The notes under the pieces were generated by a model, which was given only the letters and a program-made list of their open reading frames with translations, made no database searches and had not been told where the DNA came from. The translations under genes were made by a program, and so were the position numbers. 55,372 nucleotides of DNA from Burkholderiales bacterium (GTDB taxonomy: Bacteria > Pseudomonadota > Gammaproteobacteria > Burkholderiales > Burkholderiaceae_C), in assembly GCA_031419535.1 (NCBI GenBank), contig JANOLA010000171.1, positions 1 through 55,372 of the forward strand, read 5' to 3'. This document shows, piece after piece, positions 1 through 13,736 of the stretch (its first letter is position 1; each line of letters begins with the position of its first letter).

Positions 1-371
1 CGAGCCCGCTCAAACTCGTGAAGGCGGGAGTGACCGACATGCTGCGCCTGTCCGACGCGCGCATGAGCGGCACGAGCTATGGCGCGTGCATGCTGCACTG
101 CGCGCCGGAGGCGTATGTCGGTGGGCCGCTCGCGCTCGTGAAGACGGGCGACCGCATCAGCGTCGACGTTCCCGCAAGGCGCATTCACCTCGATGTGAGC
201 GACGCCGAACTCGCCACACGCCGCGCCGCGTGGACGCCGCCGCCGAAACGCTATGAACGCGGCTACGGCTGGATGTTCTCGCGCCACATTCTGCAGGCCG
301 ACCAGGGTTGCGACTTCGACTTTCTCGAAACCAGTTTCGGCGCGCCGGTCGCCGAGCCCGACATCTTCTGA
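1..371 (+). CDS. IlvD/Edd-family dehydratase, C-terminal fragment (5' end outside window)
   Basis: ORF 18..371 stays open to the left window edge. The C-terminal run SDARMSGTSYG...HCAPEA.VGGPLALVKTGD.I..D...R is typical of dihydroxy-acid/sugar-acid dehydratase C-termini. Confidence 0.85.
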   Translation, partial: SPLKLVKAGVTDMLRLSDARMSGTSYGACMLHCAPEAYVGGPLALVKTGDRISVDVPARRIHLDVSDAELATRRAAWTPPPKRYERGYGWMFSRHILQADQGCDFDFLETSFGAPVAEPDIF

Positions 372-395
372 CAGCGCAACGAGCACCAAACAGCG

Positions 396-1106
396 ATGAA
401 CCCCGCCACCCGACAACAACTGATGGGCGTGAGCAGCGCCACGCTGTGCACGGCCCTCTTCAAGCGCGGTTTCCGAAACCAGTTCATTCAGGACGTGCGC
501 CCGCTCAATCCGAACCTGCCCAACATGGTCGGGCCGGCGTACACGCTGCGCTACATCCCGGCGCGCGAAGACCTGAACCGCATCGACGTGTTTCAGAACC
601 GCGAGCACCCGCAGCGCAAGGCGGTCGAAGAATGCCCGCTAGGCGCCGTGTTCGTGATCGACAGCCGCAAGGACGCACGCGCCGCGTCGGCCGGCGCAAT
701 CTTGGTCACGCGGCTGATGAAACGGGGTGTCGCAGGTGTCGTCACCGACGGCGGCTTTCGCGACAGCCCGGAAATCGCGCGTCTGCCGTTCCCCGCCTAC
801 CACCAGCGCCCGGCCGCGCCGACCAACCTCACGCTGCACCAGGCGCTCGACATCAATGTTCCCATCGGCTGCGGCGACGCGCCGGTGTGGCCGGGTGACG
901 TGGTGGTGGGCGACGCCGAAGGCGTGGTCGTGATCCCGGCGCACCTGGCCGATGAAGTGGCGTCCGAAGCCGTCGATATGACAGCCTTCGAGGACTTCGT
1001 GACCGAGAAGGTGCATGAGGGCCGCTCGATCCTCGGTCTCTACCCACCGACCGAGGAACGCAGCCGTACCAACTTCGCCGCATGGCGGCTCGCGAAAGGG
1101 CGCTGA
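396..1106 (+). CDS. RraA-family protein (4-hydroxy-4-methyl-2-oxoglutarate aldolase / oxaloacetate decarboxylase-like)
   Basis: 236-aa ORF with the N-terminal SSATLCTALFKRG.RNQFIQ...YTLRYIPARED pattern characteristic of long RraA-like proteins. It starts 25 nt after the dehydratase stop. Confidence 0.85.
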   Translation: MNPATRQQLMGVSSATLCTALFKRGFRNQFIQDVRPLNPNLPNMVGPAYTLRYIPAREDLNRIDVFQNREHPQRKAVEECPLGAVFVIDSRKDARAASAGAILVTRLMKRGVAGVVTDGGFRDSPEIARLPFPAYHQRPAAPTNLTLHQALDINVPIGCGDAPVWPGDVVVGDAEGVVVIPAHLADEVASEAVDMTAFEDFVTEKVHEGRSILGLYPPTEERSRTNFAAWRLAKGR

Positions 1107-1119
1107 GCGAGGGGCGCGC

Positions 1120-1314
1120 TCAGTCGTCGAGCAAGTCGCCCTTGAAAAAACACCAGGCCGTGCCGTCGTGCAAATAGAAGTGCCCGTCGGCGCAACTCTC
1201 CTTGCCCGGAAAGTACTCGCGGTACGCCTTGGGCACTAGGCGCGCCAGTTGCGCGTCGGACAGTTCTTCCAGTTCTTCGGGCGTGATCGCTTGCCCGACG
1301 CGCAGTTTTCTCAT
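1120..1314 (-). CDS. small hypothetical protein (64 aa), antisense to the surrounding cluster
   Basis: ATG-initiated ORF with mostly G/C third positions and non-repetitive composition. No family recognised. Confidence 0.5.
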   Translation of the reverse strand: MRKLRVGQAITPEELEELSDAQLARLVPKAYREYFPGKESCADGHFYLHDGTAWCFFKGDLLDD

Positions 1315-1331
1315 CGCTCCTCCTGACGCCT

Positions 1332-2705
1332 ATGTCGATCGAACAACAACTCGCCGATTTTGTCTGCCATTTGAAAGTCGACGACGTCGGCGCGCCTGCC
1401 CAGCGCATCGTGCGCCTGATGGTGCAGGCCGTCGTCGGCACCGGCATCGCCGGCTCGGGCGAAGACGGCATCGCGGCCCTGCGCGAATTGCTGCTCGAGC
1501 GCGGCGGCGCGGCGCAGGCGAGCACGCTCGTCTTCGGCGACCGCCTGCCGGCCAGCGCCGCCGCGCAGTTCAACGCCACGATGTGCCGCGCACTCGACTA
1601 TTGCGACGCCATGGCCCCAGGCCCGCACATCGGCTCGTCGCTGTTCCCCGCGGCCTTGGCCGCCGCCGAGCTGGCAGGCGGCTGCAGTGGCGCCGAGTTC
1701 ATGGCGGCACTCGCTGCCGGGGCCGAGCTGAGTTCGCGCCTGAACCTGAACGAAGCGCAGTACGACGGCCTGGACCCGACCGGTGTGGCCGTCGTCTTCG
1801 CGCCCACCGCCGCCGCCGCGCGAATCCTAGCGCTCACTCCCACCCAGACGCTGCACGCGCTGGCGCTCGCGTTCAACCGCTGCGGCGGCAGTTTCCAGAG
1901 CCATGTCGACGGGTCGCTCGGCGTGCGCATCGTCCAGGGTTGGGTGGCGGAAACGGGCGTGAGCTGCGCGCAGATGGCGCAGCGCGGCATCACCGGGCCG
2001 GTGAATTTTCTGACCGGCCACTACGGCTACGCGCAGCTCTATGGCCGCGGCACGCTCGATGTGAATGGCGTCGTGCGCGGCCTGGGCAGCGACTGGCGGC
2101 TGCACCAGGTGGTGTTCAAGAAGTACCCGAGCTGCGGCGTCACGCAGGGCGTGACCGAGCTCGCGCTGGGCATGGCCGACGAACTCGGCCCCGCACTCGG
2201 TGAGCGCGGCGAAAACATGCGCCGCGCCGAGGTGCGCCTGCCACCCTACGCGCACCGCCTCGTCGGCCACCCGTTTCGCATCGGCGCGAACCCGCGTGTC
2301 GACGCGCAGTTCAGCGCTCAGTACTGCGTGGCCAATGCGCTGCTGCGGCGCTCGTCCAAGCTGCACCACTTCGCGCCCGTGATGGTCAACGACCCGGCGC
2401 TGCGCGCGCTGATCGAGCGGGTCAGCGTGATCGCCGACCCCGCGCTCGACGCGCGCGGCCACACCGCCGTGGACCTGAGCATCACCCTCGCCAACGGTCG
2501 GACCTGCGCGCGCCAACTCGACATCGCCCCGGGCTTCCCCGGCGCCGACCTCAGCGACGCACAGCACCTCGCGCGCTTCGACGATTGCCTGGCCTACGCG
2601 CCGAAGCCCTTGTCGGCGGTGCAGCGCGGTGCATGCCTGAAGGCGCTCGACGCTCTGACTGCCTTGGATGACGCGCGTGGACTTGCCGTGCTGCTCGCGA
2701 TGTGA
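1332..2705 (+). CDS. MmgE/PrpD-family protein (2-methylcitrate dehydratase-like)
   Basis: 457-aa ORF of typical PrpD length, with the N-terminal LADFV....VDDV pattern and an overall PrpD-like profile. Confidence 0.9.
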   Translation: MSIEQQLADFVCHLKVDDVGAPAQRIVRLMVQAVVGTGIAGSGEDGIAALRELLLERGGAAQASTLVFGDRLPASAAAQFNATMCRALDYCDAMAPGPHIGSSLFPAALAAAELAGGCSGAEFMAALAAGAELSSRLNLNEAQYDGLDPTGVAVVFAPTAAAARILALTPTQTLHALALAFNRCGGSFQSHVDGSLGVRIVQGWVAETGVSCAQMAQRGITGPVNFLTGHYGYAQLYGRGTLDVNGVVRGLGSDWRLHQVVFKKYPSCGVTQGVTELALGMADELGPALGERGENMRRAEVRLPPYAHRLVGHPFRIGANPRVDAQFSAQYCVANALLRRSSKLHHFAPVMVNDPALRALIERVSVIADPALDARGHTAVDLSITLANGRTCARQLDIAPGFPGADLSDAQHLARFDDCLAYAPKPLSAVQRGACLKALDALTALDDARGLAVLLAM

Positions 2706-2749
2706 GGGCGGTGGTGCCGGCGCGCCGCGAGTAAATTCACCCACATCAG

Positions 2750-2767
2750 AAAAACTCGCGAGTTTTT
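2750..2767. promoter_or_regulatory. perfect 18-nt palindrome AAAAACTCGCGAGTTTTT in the PrpD-Ldh2 spacer (operator or weak bidirectional hairpin)
   Basis: Checked base by base: 2750-2758 is the reverse complement of 2759-2767. It is the only AT-rich element in a 310-nt GC-rich spacer. Confidence 0.4.
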
Positions 2768-3015
2768 TCGGCACGGCATGAAGTCGTCCTGTGCAGGCCT
2801 GCGTTACCTGTTGGCACGCTTCCCCGGAACGATCGCCTGACAAGTCAGCGCGCACGGCACGCGCGACTATGTCAGCGAAGGGGTGCGGGTGGCACCCGCG
2901 GCGCGCCTGCTGCGCGAGCTCGTCTGAGCGCGCGCAACGGCAGCGTCTTGCGCAAGGTGCATGGCCAACGGGAAGGCTACGATGGCGGCCCTTTCGCTGC
3001 AATCAGCCCCACACC

Positions 3016-4095
3016 ATGAGCGCCACCCACCTGATCCCCCTGCCCAAGCTCAACACCGCGATCCGCCTGTTCGTGCGCGGTTTCGGCAGCGCTCCCGAAG
3101 AAGTTGAAGCAGTCGCCGCCAACCTGATCGACGCCAACCTCACCGGCCACGACTCGCACGGCATCGGCATGCTGCCGCGTTACGCGGCGGCGTTTCTCGA
3201 AGGTGGACTCAAGCCCAACACGCACGTGCGCACGGTGCTCGACGCCGGTGCGATGCTGCGCCTGGACGGCGACGCGGGCTTTGGCCAGGTGATCGGCCGC
3301 GAGGCGATGGCGCTCGGCATCGCGCGGGCGCGCCAGACGGGCACCTGCATCGTCGCGCTCGGCAACTCGCACCATCTGGGGCGCATCGGCGCCTGGGCCG
3401 AACAGGCGGCGGCCGCGGGCCTGGTGTCGCTGCACTTCGTGAATGTGATCTCGCGCGCCATCGTCGCGCCGCACGGTGGCGCCGACGCGCGCTTCGGCAC
3501 GAATCCGTTTTGCGCGGGTGTGCCCCTCACCGGCCGCCCGCCCGTGATCCTGGACTTCGCGACCAGCATGATCGCGCAGGGCAAGACGCGCGTCGCGCTG
3601 AACAAGGGCGAACTCGTCGCGCCCGATTGCTTGCTTGACGATCACGGCCGCCCGACGCGCGAGCCGCGCTTTACCGTGATCCCGCCATTCGGCGCGCTAT
3701 TGCCGTTTGGCGGCCACAAAGGCTCGGGCCTGGCCTTCATGTGCGAACTGCTCGGCGGCGCGCTTGCCGCGGGCGCGACCCAACGCACGAGCGGCGGTGA
3801 CAAGAAGCGCGTGCTGAACGGCATGTTCAGCGTGCTGCTCGACCCGGCGGCGCTCGCCGACCGCGGCGCGTTCGAGCAGGAAGCCCTGGCGTTCATCGAC
3901 TGGGTTAAGGCCTCGCCGGTGCGTGAAGGATTCGACACGGTTCTGGTGGCCGGCGAGCCCGAACGCGCCTCGCGTGCAAAGCGCAGCGCGCAAGGCGTAG
4001 CGGTCGACGCGGCGACCTGGCAGGAAATTCTGCACGCAGCCGACACGCTGGGCCTGGACCCGGCGCGCGTGAATACGGCGGCCGGGTTGGGCTGA
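3016..4095 (+). CDS. Ldh2-family (malate/L-lactate/sulfolactate dehydrogenase type 2) oxidoreductase
   Basis: Internal ATG at 3016 of track ORF 2791..4095. The motif run DANLTGHDSHGIGMLPRY and GNSHH.GR.G is typical of Ldh_2. The upstream 75 codons are Arg/Cys/Ala-rich junk. Confidence 0.85.
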   Translation: MSATHLIPLPKLNTAIRLFVRGFGSAPEEVEAVAANLIDANLTGHDSHGIGMLPRYAAAFLEGGLKPNTHVRTVLDAGAMLRLDGDAGFGQVIGREAMALGIARARQTGTCIVALGNSHHLGRIGAWAEQAAAAGLVSLHFVNVISRAIVAPHGGADARFGTNPFCAGVPLTGRPPVILDFATSMIAQGKTRVALNKGELVAPDCLLDDHGRPTREPRFTVIPPFGALLPFGGHKGSGLAFMCELLGGALAAGATQRTSGGDKKRVLNGMFSVLLDPAALADRGAFEQEALAFIDWVKASPVREGFDTVLVAGEPERASRAKRSAQGVAVDAATWQEILHAADTLGLDPARVNTAAGLG

Positions 4096-4309
4096 GAGCC
4101 TGCTCGATCGCGCGCGCATCGCGTTTGGCGCGCTGCGCGTCGAGGTGCAGCGCCGCAGCTGCGCAACGGAACCGCGCAATCCGAACAGCCGGGGATTTAC
4201 AGCGCAACTGTGCCGATTGCCGGGCACCGCCCTGACCACAATGGTGCGCACCATCGGTCGGGCAAAGTCCATTCGGGCTGGCCCCGCGCCGCGCGGGGAA
4301 ATCTAAATC

Positions 4310-9156
<4,847 letters not shown>

Positions 9157-9160
<4 letters not shown>

Positions 9161-10179
9161 GCGCGACCGGCACCGCCGATTCGCCCGGACCCGCCGACGC
9201 GGCACCGGCCACCGCGTCGGGCATGCTCGCTGACGCGCTGGAACCGGGCAGCCAACGCCCGCCGAAGCTGCTGATCGTCGACGACCAGTCGCTCAACGTT
9301 CGGGCGCTGTACGAGTGTTTCGCCGCCGACCATCAAGTCTACATGGCCACCCGCGGCGAGCAGGCACTGCGGGTGTGCGCCGACCAGCAGCCCGACCTGG
9401 TGTTGCTGGACGTCGAGATGCCGGGAATGGACGGCTACGAAGTTTGCGCGCACTTGAAAGCCAACGCGGCGACGCGCGACGTGCCGGTGATCTTCGTCAC
9501 TGCGCACCGCGACGAGCACTTCGAAGCGCGCGGTCTGGGCGCCGGTGCGGTGGACCTCATCACCAAACCGTTCAATCCCGCGATCGTGCGCACACGCGTG
9601 CGAACCCATGTCATGCTCAAGGCTCAGGGCGACCTGCTGCGCCGCTGGGCCTACATCGATGGCCTGACCGGGGTGCACAACCGGCGCAGCTTCGACGAAC
9701 GCCTGGCCGCTGAATGGGGCCGCGCGTCGCGCAACGGCACGCCGCTGAGCGTGGTGTTGTCGGACGTCGACTTCTTCAAACGCTACAACGACCGTTACGG
9801 CCACCAGGCCGGCGACGAATGCCTGCGCCGCGTCGCCACCGCGCTCAATGCCGCCTTGCGGCGGCCCGGCGACTTGCTGGCACGTTACGGCGGCGAAGAG
9901 TTCGCCTGTCTGTTGCCCGACACCGGCTTGGCCGGCGCCATGCAAGTCGCACGGCAGCTCGGCCAACAGGTTTTTGCCCAGCAGATAGCGCACGCCGACT
10001 CCACGGCCGCGCCGGTGTTGACGGTCAGTCTGGGCGTGTGCAGCAAGGCCGCCGACGTTACCGGAAGTGCTACCGGCAGCGCCGCCGAACTGCTGCGCGT
10101 CGCCGACGTTCAGCTCTACACCGCCAAAGCCGCCGGGCGCCACCAGGCCTGCGGCGTGGAACTGCCTTTCAGCTTCTGA
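9157..10179 (+). CDS. response regulator-diguanylate cyclase (REC-GGDEF, GGEEF active site, RxxD I-site)
   Basis: The ATG overlaps the kinase stop (ATGA at 9157-9160). REC motifs are LLIVDD and LLDVEMPGMDG. GGDEF motifs are DGLTGVHNRR and RYGGEEF, with RPGD five residues upstream. Confidence 0.95.
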
Positions 10180-10190
10180 GCGACCAGCGC

Positions 10191-12170
10191 TCAAACGATC
10201 AGGTCATCCAGCCCGGTGGGCGCGAAGTCGGCTCCGCCGCTCGGCGCCTGCGCCAGCGGCAGCGTCACGTGAAACACGGTGCCGCCTTCGGCCGGGCACT
10301 CGAAGGCGATGCGCCCGCGCATGCGCTCGACCAGTGCGCGCGTGATCGGCAGCCCCAGGCCGCTGCCGCCGTGCGAACGCGCGTCGCTGGCGTCGGCCTG
10401 GGCGAATTTTTCGAACACGCGGGGCCGGAAGTCGATGGGGATTCCTGGGCCCTTGTCGATCACCGCGACCGTACAGGTCGTCTCGGCGCGGCTCAAATGC
10501 ACCTCCACCGCACTGCCCGCGGGCGAGAACTTGATCGCGTTGGACACCAGGTTGCCCATCACCTGTGCCATGCGCCGCGGATCGACATTCACCCAGACTG
10601 CGGAACTCTGGCGTGGCATCGTCAACTGCACCTGGTACAGGCGCGCGAAGCCGAGCGTGCTGCGCAAGTGGTCGCGCAGCAGCTTGACCAGGTCCACCGT
10701 TTCGAGCTGCATCACCAACTGCCCGGTCTGCATCTTTTCGAGGTCGAGGATGTCGTTCACCAGTTCGACCAGGCGCTCGCAGTTGCGCGATGCCATCACC
10801 ACCAGGCGCTGCGCGGGCTCGGGCAGCGCGCCGCTGCTGCCGTCGGCGAGCAGCGCGAGCGCGCCGCGAATGCTGGTGAGCGGCGTGCGCAATTCGTGGC
10901 TCACGACGGAAACGAAGTTCTGTTTCATGCGTTCGATGCGGCGTTGTTCACCCAGGTCGCGCAACACGCAGATGTGCAGGCGGCGCCGCGCGTCCTGCAC
11001 GACACGGCAAGTGGCTTCGAGCGGAAAGGCCTCGCCGTCGAGCCGGTAGGCGTCGATCGTGAAGTGCTGCACCGCGCCGGGCTCGTTGCCGTTGTCGCGC
11101 AGCAGGCCGCCGAGCTCGGGCACCAGGTCGATCACCGGCCGGCCCAGCGTCTTGTCGGCGACGCAGCGAAAAATCGCCTCGGCGGCGGGGTTGAAGGTGA
11201 GGATCACGCCGAGCCGGTCGAACGTGACGACCCCGTCGGGAATCGCTTCGAGTACGGCGCTGATGCGCGACTGCGAGTCGCGCAGCGCCTGTTCGGTGCG
11301 GCTGCGCTGCTCCACCTCGCGTTGCAACTGCTCGTTCGAGTTCGACAGGCGGCGCGTCGCGCCACGCAAGTTGAGCAGGCCGAACAGGCCGATCGCCAGG
11401 GTCGCCAACGCGGTTCCGACGAGCAGTGCCGACGTGCGGGTGCGCGTCGCGCCGTCGTCGGCGACGTGCCGGTCGAGTGCTGCGCGCTGCGCCTGCCCGA
11501 GTTCGTGCAGCAGCGTCTGCGCTGTGCCATGCAGGGCCTGCGCGCGTGCCGCGAGGGCGGCGGCCTGGGTGTCGTCCAGGCGGGCCGTGCCGGCGCACGC
11601 CGCAGCGACCGGCCGCGCCACACCGGCTTGCAATTCGCGCTGCAACTGAGCGAGCCGCGCCACGCGCCGCAGTTGTGGTGCGGCGTTTTGTTCCGGGTCG
11701 GCCAGTCGTGTCAGCTCGGAGAGCCGGTTCAGCGCCGGCGTGTCGGGCGCCGCGGTGGCACCCGGCGCACCCGCGCCAGCAGGCGCCACCGCAGTGCGCG
11801 GCGCCCCGCTGCGCACGCCCACCGCGCACAGCGGCACCTGCGCGTCATTCGCGAAGGCTTGCTCGACGCGCGCGATTTGTTCCAGCACTTCCAACGTGTG
11901 CACGCGCCAGCGCTGCGCCTCGAGCAGCGCGCCGACGTTGCGGGCGCTGATCGCGAACAGCAGCAAGACGCACAGCGCGAGGATCGATGTCGCGAACAGC
12001 AGGCGGTTCTCGAGCCGCCAGCGGCGCCGCGAGGCCGGCCACGCAAACGGCCAGCGCGCGCGACCGGTGTCTCCCTCGCTCACGGTTGTACCTTCGTGCT
12101 GCGCATTGCGGGACTCGCCCTGGTCCACGCGAGTGGACCCTTCGGGTCCCAGGCGGCCGGGCAGGCTCAT
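10191..12170 (-). CDS. membrane sensor histidine kinase (TM - periplasmic CHASE3-like region - TM - coiled coil - PAS - HisKA - HATPase)
   Basis: Internal ATG of track ORF 10191..13553. It overlaps the GT2 stop as ATGA at 12167-12170. Motifs are the H-box SHELRTPLTSIRG and GGSGLGLPITRALV. Confidence 0.9.
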   Translation of the reverse strand: MSLPGRLGPEGSTRVDQGESRNAQHEGTTVSEGDTGRARWPFAWPASRRRWRLENRLLFATSILALCVLLLFAISARNVGALLEAQRWRVHTLEVLEQIARVEQAFANDAQVPLCAVGVRSGAPRTAVAPAGAGAPGATAAPDTPALNRLSELTRLADPEQNAAPQLRRVARLAQLQRELQAGVARPVAAACAGTARLDDTQAAALAARAQALHGTAQTLLHELGQAQRAALDRHVADDGATRTRTSALLVGTALATLAIGLFGLLNLRGATRRLSNSNEQLQREVEQRSRTEQALRDSQSRISAVLEAIPDGVVTFDRLGVILTFNPAAEAIFRCVADKTLGRPVIDLVPELGGLLRDNGNEPGAVQHFTIDAYRLDGEAFPLEATCRVVQDARRRLHICVLRDLGEQRRIERMKQNFVSVVSHELRTPLTSIRGALALLADGSSGALPEPAQRLVVMASRNCERLVELVNDILDLEKMQTGQLVMQLETVDLVKLLRDHLRSTLGFARLYQVQLTMPRQSSAVWVNVDPRRMAQVMGNLVSNAIKFSPAGSAVEVHLSRAETTCTVAVIDKGPGIPIDFRPRVFEKFAQADASDARSHGGSGLGLPITRALVERMRGRIAFECPAEGGTVFHVTLPLAQAPSGGADFAPTGLDDLIV

Positions 12171-13612
12171 GGCTTGCCCTTGGGTGCTTGCCAGCTCGCG
12201 GTGCGCGTCATCTCGCCCCACTGGCCCGGCCGCCCGCGCAGCCATTCGAACGTGCCGACGATGCGCCAGCACAGCGTGAGTTGGCGGTAGCCCAGGTTTT
12301 CGACGAGCATCGCGGCACACAGCGACACCAAGTGGCCGAGGCCCGGGTAGATGTGGAACGAGATCTCTTCGAGCAGCAACGCCATTGCCGACAGCATCAG
12401 CGCCAGGCCCACCGCGAGCAACACGAATGTCAGGCACACCGACCACGACACGACGCCCGCCGCCGCGCCGGCGAGCAGCAGCGCGAACCCGACCACTTCG
12501 ACGACCGGCCCGAGCGCCTCGAACAACAGCATCGCCGGAAACGCAAGCCATCCCACCGCGCCGCCGCGGCGGTGGAACAGCAGCTTGCGGTTGCCCCACA
12601 GGCTTTCGAGCAGTCCGCGCTGCCAGCGTTTGCGCTGGTTCTTCAGCACCTTCAGGCTCTCCGGCGCCTCGGTCCAGCACACCGGGTCGGCGAGGAACAC
12701 GATGCGGTAAGGCCGCCGCGCGTTGCGGTGGTGCAGGTGCAGCCGCGCGATCAATTCCATGTCTTCGCCGATCGTCGCCGCGCGGTAGCCGCCCGCCTCG
12801 ACGACGGCGCTGCGCCGAAACACGCCGAACGCGCCGGAGACGATGAGCAAGGCATTCAACGGCGACCAGCCGACCCGGCCGAACAGGAACGCGCGCAGGT
12901 ACTCGACGATCTGAACCCGCGCCAGCCAACTGCGCGGCATGCCCACGCTTTCGAGGAATCCGCTCGCGACGCGGCATCCGTTGGCGATGCGCACCGTGCC
13001 GCCGCTGGCGATCACGCTCGCGTCTTCGAGGAACGGCCGCACCACGCGGCGCAGGCTGTCCGATTGCAGGATCGAATCGGCGTCGACCGCGCAAAACAGT
13101 GGGTGGCGCGACGCGTTGATGCCGGCGTTCAACGCGTCGGCCTTGCCGCCATTGGCCTTGTCCACGACGCGCAGGTTCGGGTGCGTGGGCGAGCGGTAGA
13201 TCGCGTGCACCGTCGCTACCGGCAGCGCGATCCGGTAGGCCTCGGGAAATTCGACCAGACCGAACTCGTCTTTCAGCACCTGCAGCGTGGCGTCTTTCGA
13301 GCCGTCGTTGATGACGATCACTTCGAACGCCGGGTAGTCCAGGCTCAGCATCGAGCGCACCGAGGTCGCGATCGTCGCGGCTTCGTTGTAGGCAGGCGCG
13401 AGCACGCTGATCGGTGGCTCCAGGCCCGACGCGTACTGAGGCAGGCGCGCCGCCAGGCGCGCCGGGCTGTCGCGGTGAATCGCGAGCAGCGCCACCAGGT
13501 TGAGCAAGAAGTAGGTGCCGTTCAGCGCGACGAAGTAGCCCAGGAACAGCCACTGCAACACGACGAATGCGTCGTGCCAGGTGAGTGCGCTCAAAGTCGC
13601 CATGGCCGTCAT
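12167..13612 (-). CDS. processive family-2 glycosyltransferase (PgaC/IcaA/cellulose-synthase-like membrane synthase)
   Basis: N-terminal TM helices followed by VLAPAYNEA, VINDGSKD, DADS, GEDMEL and QRKRWQRG, then several C-terminal TM helices. Start set at ATG 13612; ATG 13603 is an alternative. The track's TTG at 13669 lies inside a palindrome. Confidence 0.9.
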   Translation of the reverse strand: MTAMATLSALTWHDAFVVLQWLFLGYFVALNGTYFLLNLVALLAIHRDSPARLAARLPQYASGLEPPISVLAPAYNEAATIATSVRSMLSLDYPAFEVIVINDGSKDATLQVLKDEFGLVEFPEAYRIALPVATVHAIYRSPTHPNLRVVDKANGGKADALNAGINASRHPLFCAVDADSILQSDSLRRVVRPFLEDASVIASGGTVRIANGCRVASGFLESVGMPRSWLARVQIVEYLRAFLFGRVGWSPLNALLIVSGAFGVFRRSAVVEAGGYRAATIGEDMELIARLHLHHRNARRPYRIVFLADPVCWTEAPESLKVLKNQRKRWQRGLLESLWGNRKLLFHRRGGAVGWLAFPAMLLFEALGPVVEVVGFALLLAGAAAGVVSWSVCLTFVLLAVGLALMLSAMALLLEEISFHIYPGLGHLVSLCAAMLVENLGYRQLTLCWRIVGTFEWLRGRPGQWGEMTRTASWQAPKGKP

Positions 13613-13628
13613 TGCGGGGCTCGGGCTC

Positions 13629-13721
13629 TCAAGGAAACGCCGGGCCGCCCCAAGTTTCCTTGACCCCAAGGGCCACGAAGGGGCCCCTTCGTGGCCCTTG
13701 GGGCGGACGACGTATGTCGTC
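13629..13721 (-). promoter_or_regulatory. intercistronic triple-hairpin RNA element between the HEAT and GT2 genes
   Basis: Three adjacent inverted repeats. The first has 10-bp arms at 13629-13638 and 13654-13663. The second is the 40-nt palindrome at 13664-13703. The third has 6-bp arms at 13706-13711 and 13716-13721. No U-tract follows any of them. Confidence 0.6.
13664..13703. repeat. perfect 40-nt palindrome CCCCAAGGGCCACGAAGGGG|CCCCTTCGTGGCCCTTGGGG
   Basis: All 20 base pairs verified position by position. The flanking bases at 13663 and 13704 do not pair. Confidence 0.95.
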
Positions 13722-13736
13722 GGCCTGGGGGCGCTC

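Noticed and set aside
2791-3015. N-terminal 75-codon extension of the Ldh2 ORF.
   Set aside because: The extension is Cys/Arg/Ala-rich and unlike Ldh2 N-termini. The ATG at 3016 begins the conserved sequence.
9714-12290. 858-aa plus-strand ORF.
   Set aside because: It is antisense to the PAS histidine kinase and part of the GGDEF gene frame space. It has low-complexity Arg/Ala/Gly composition and no recognisable domain.
12171-13553. Upstream extension of the kinase ORF (track 10191..13553, 1120 aa).
   Set aside because: The extension overlaps the well-supported GT2 gene in another frame and encodes Arg/Pro/Gly-rich low-complexity sequence. The internal ATG at 12170 forms an ATGA junction with the GT2 stop and gives a normal TM-sensor kinase.
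13613-13669. TTG start at 13669 for the GT2 gene, as given in the ORF track.
   Set aside because: The TTG lies inside the 40-nt palindrome, and the added 19 residues are not membrane- or GT-like. ATG 13612 or 13603, downstream of the hairpins, is more plausible. The start remains uncertain.
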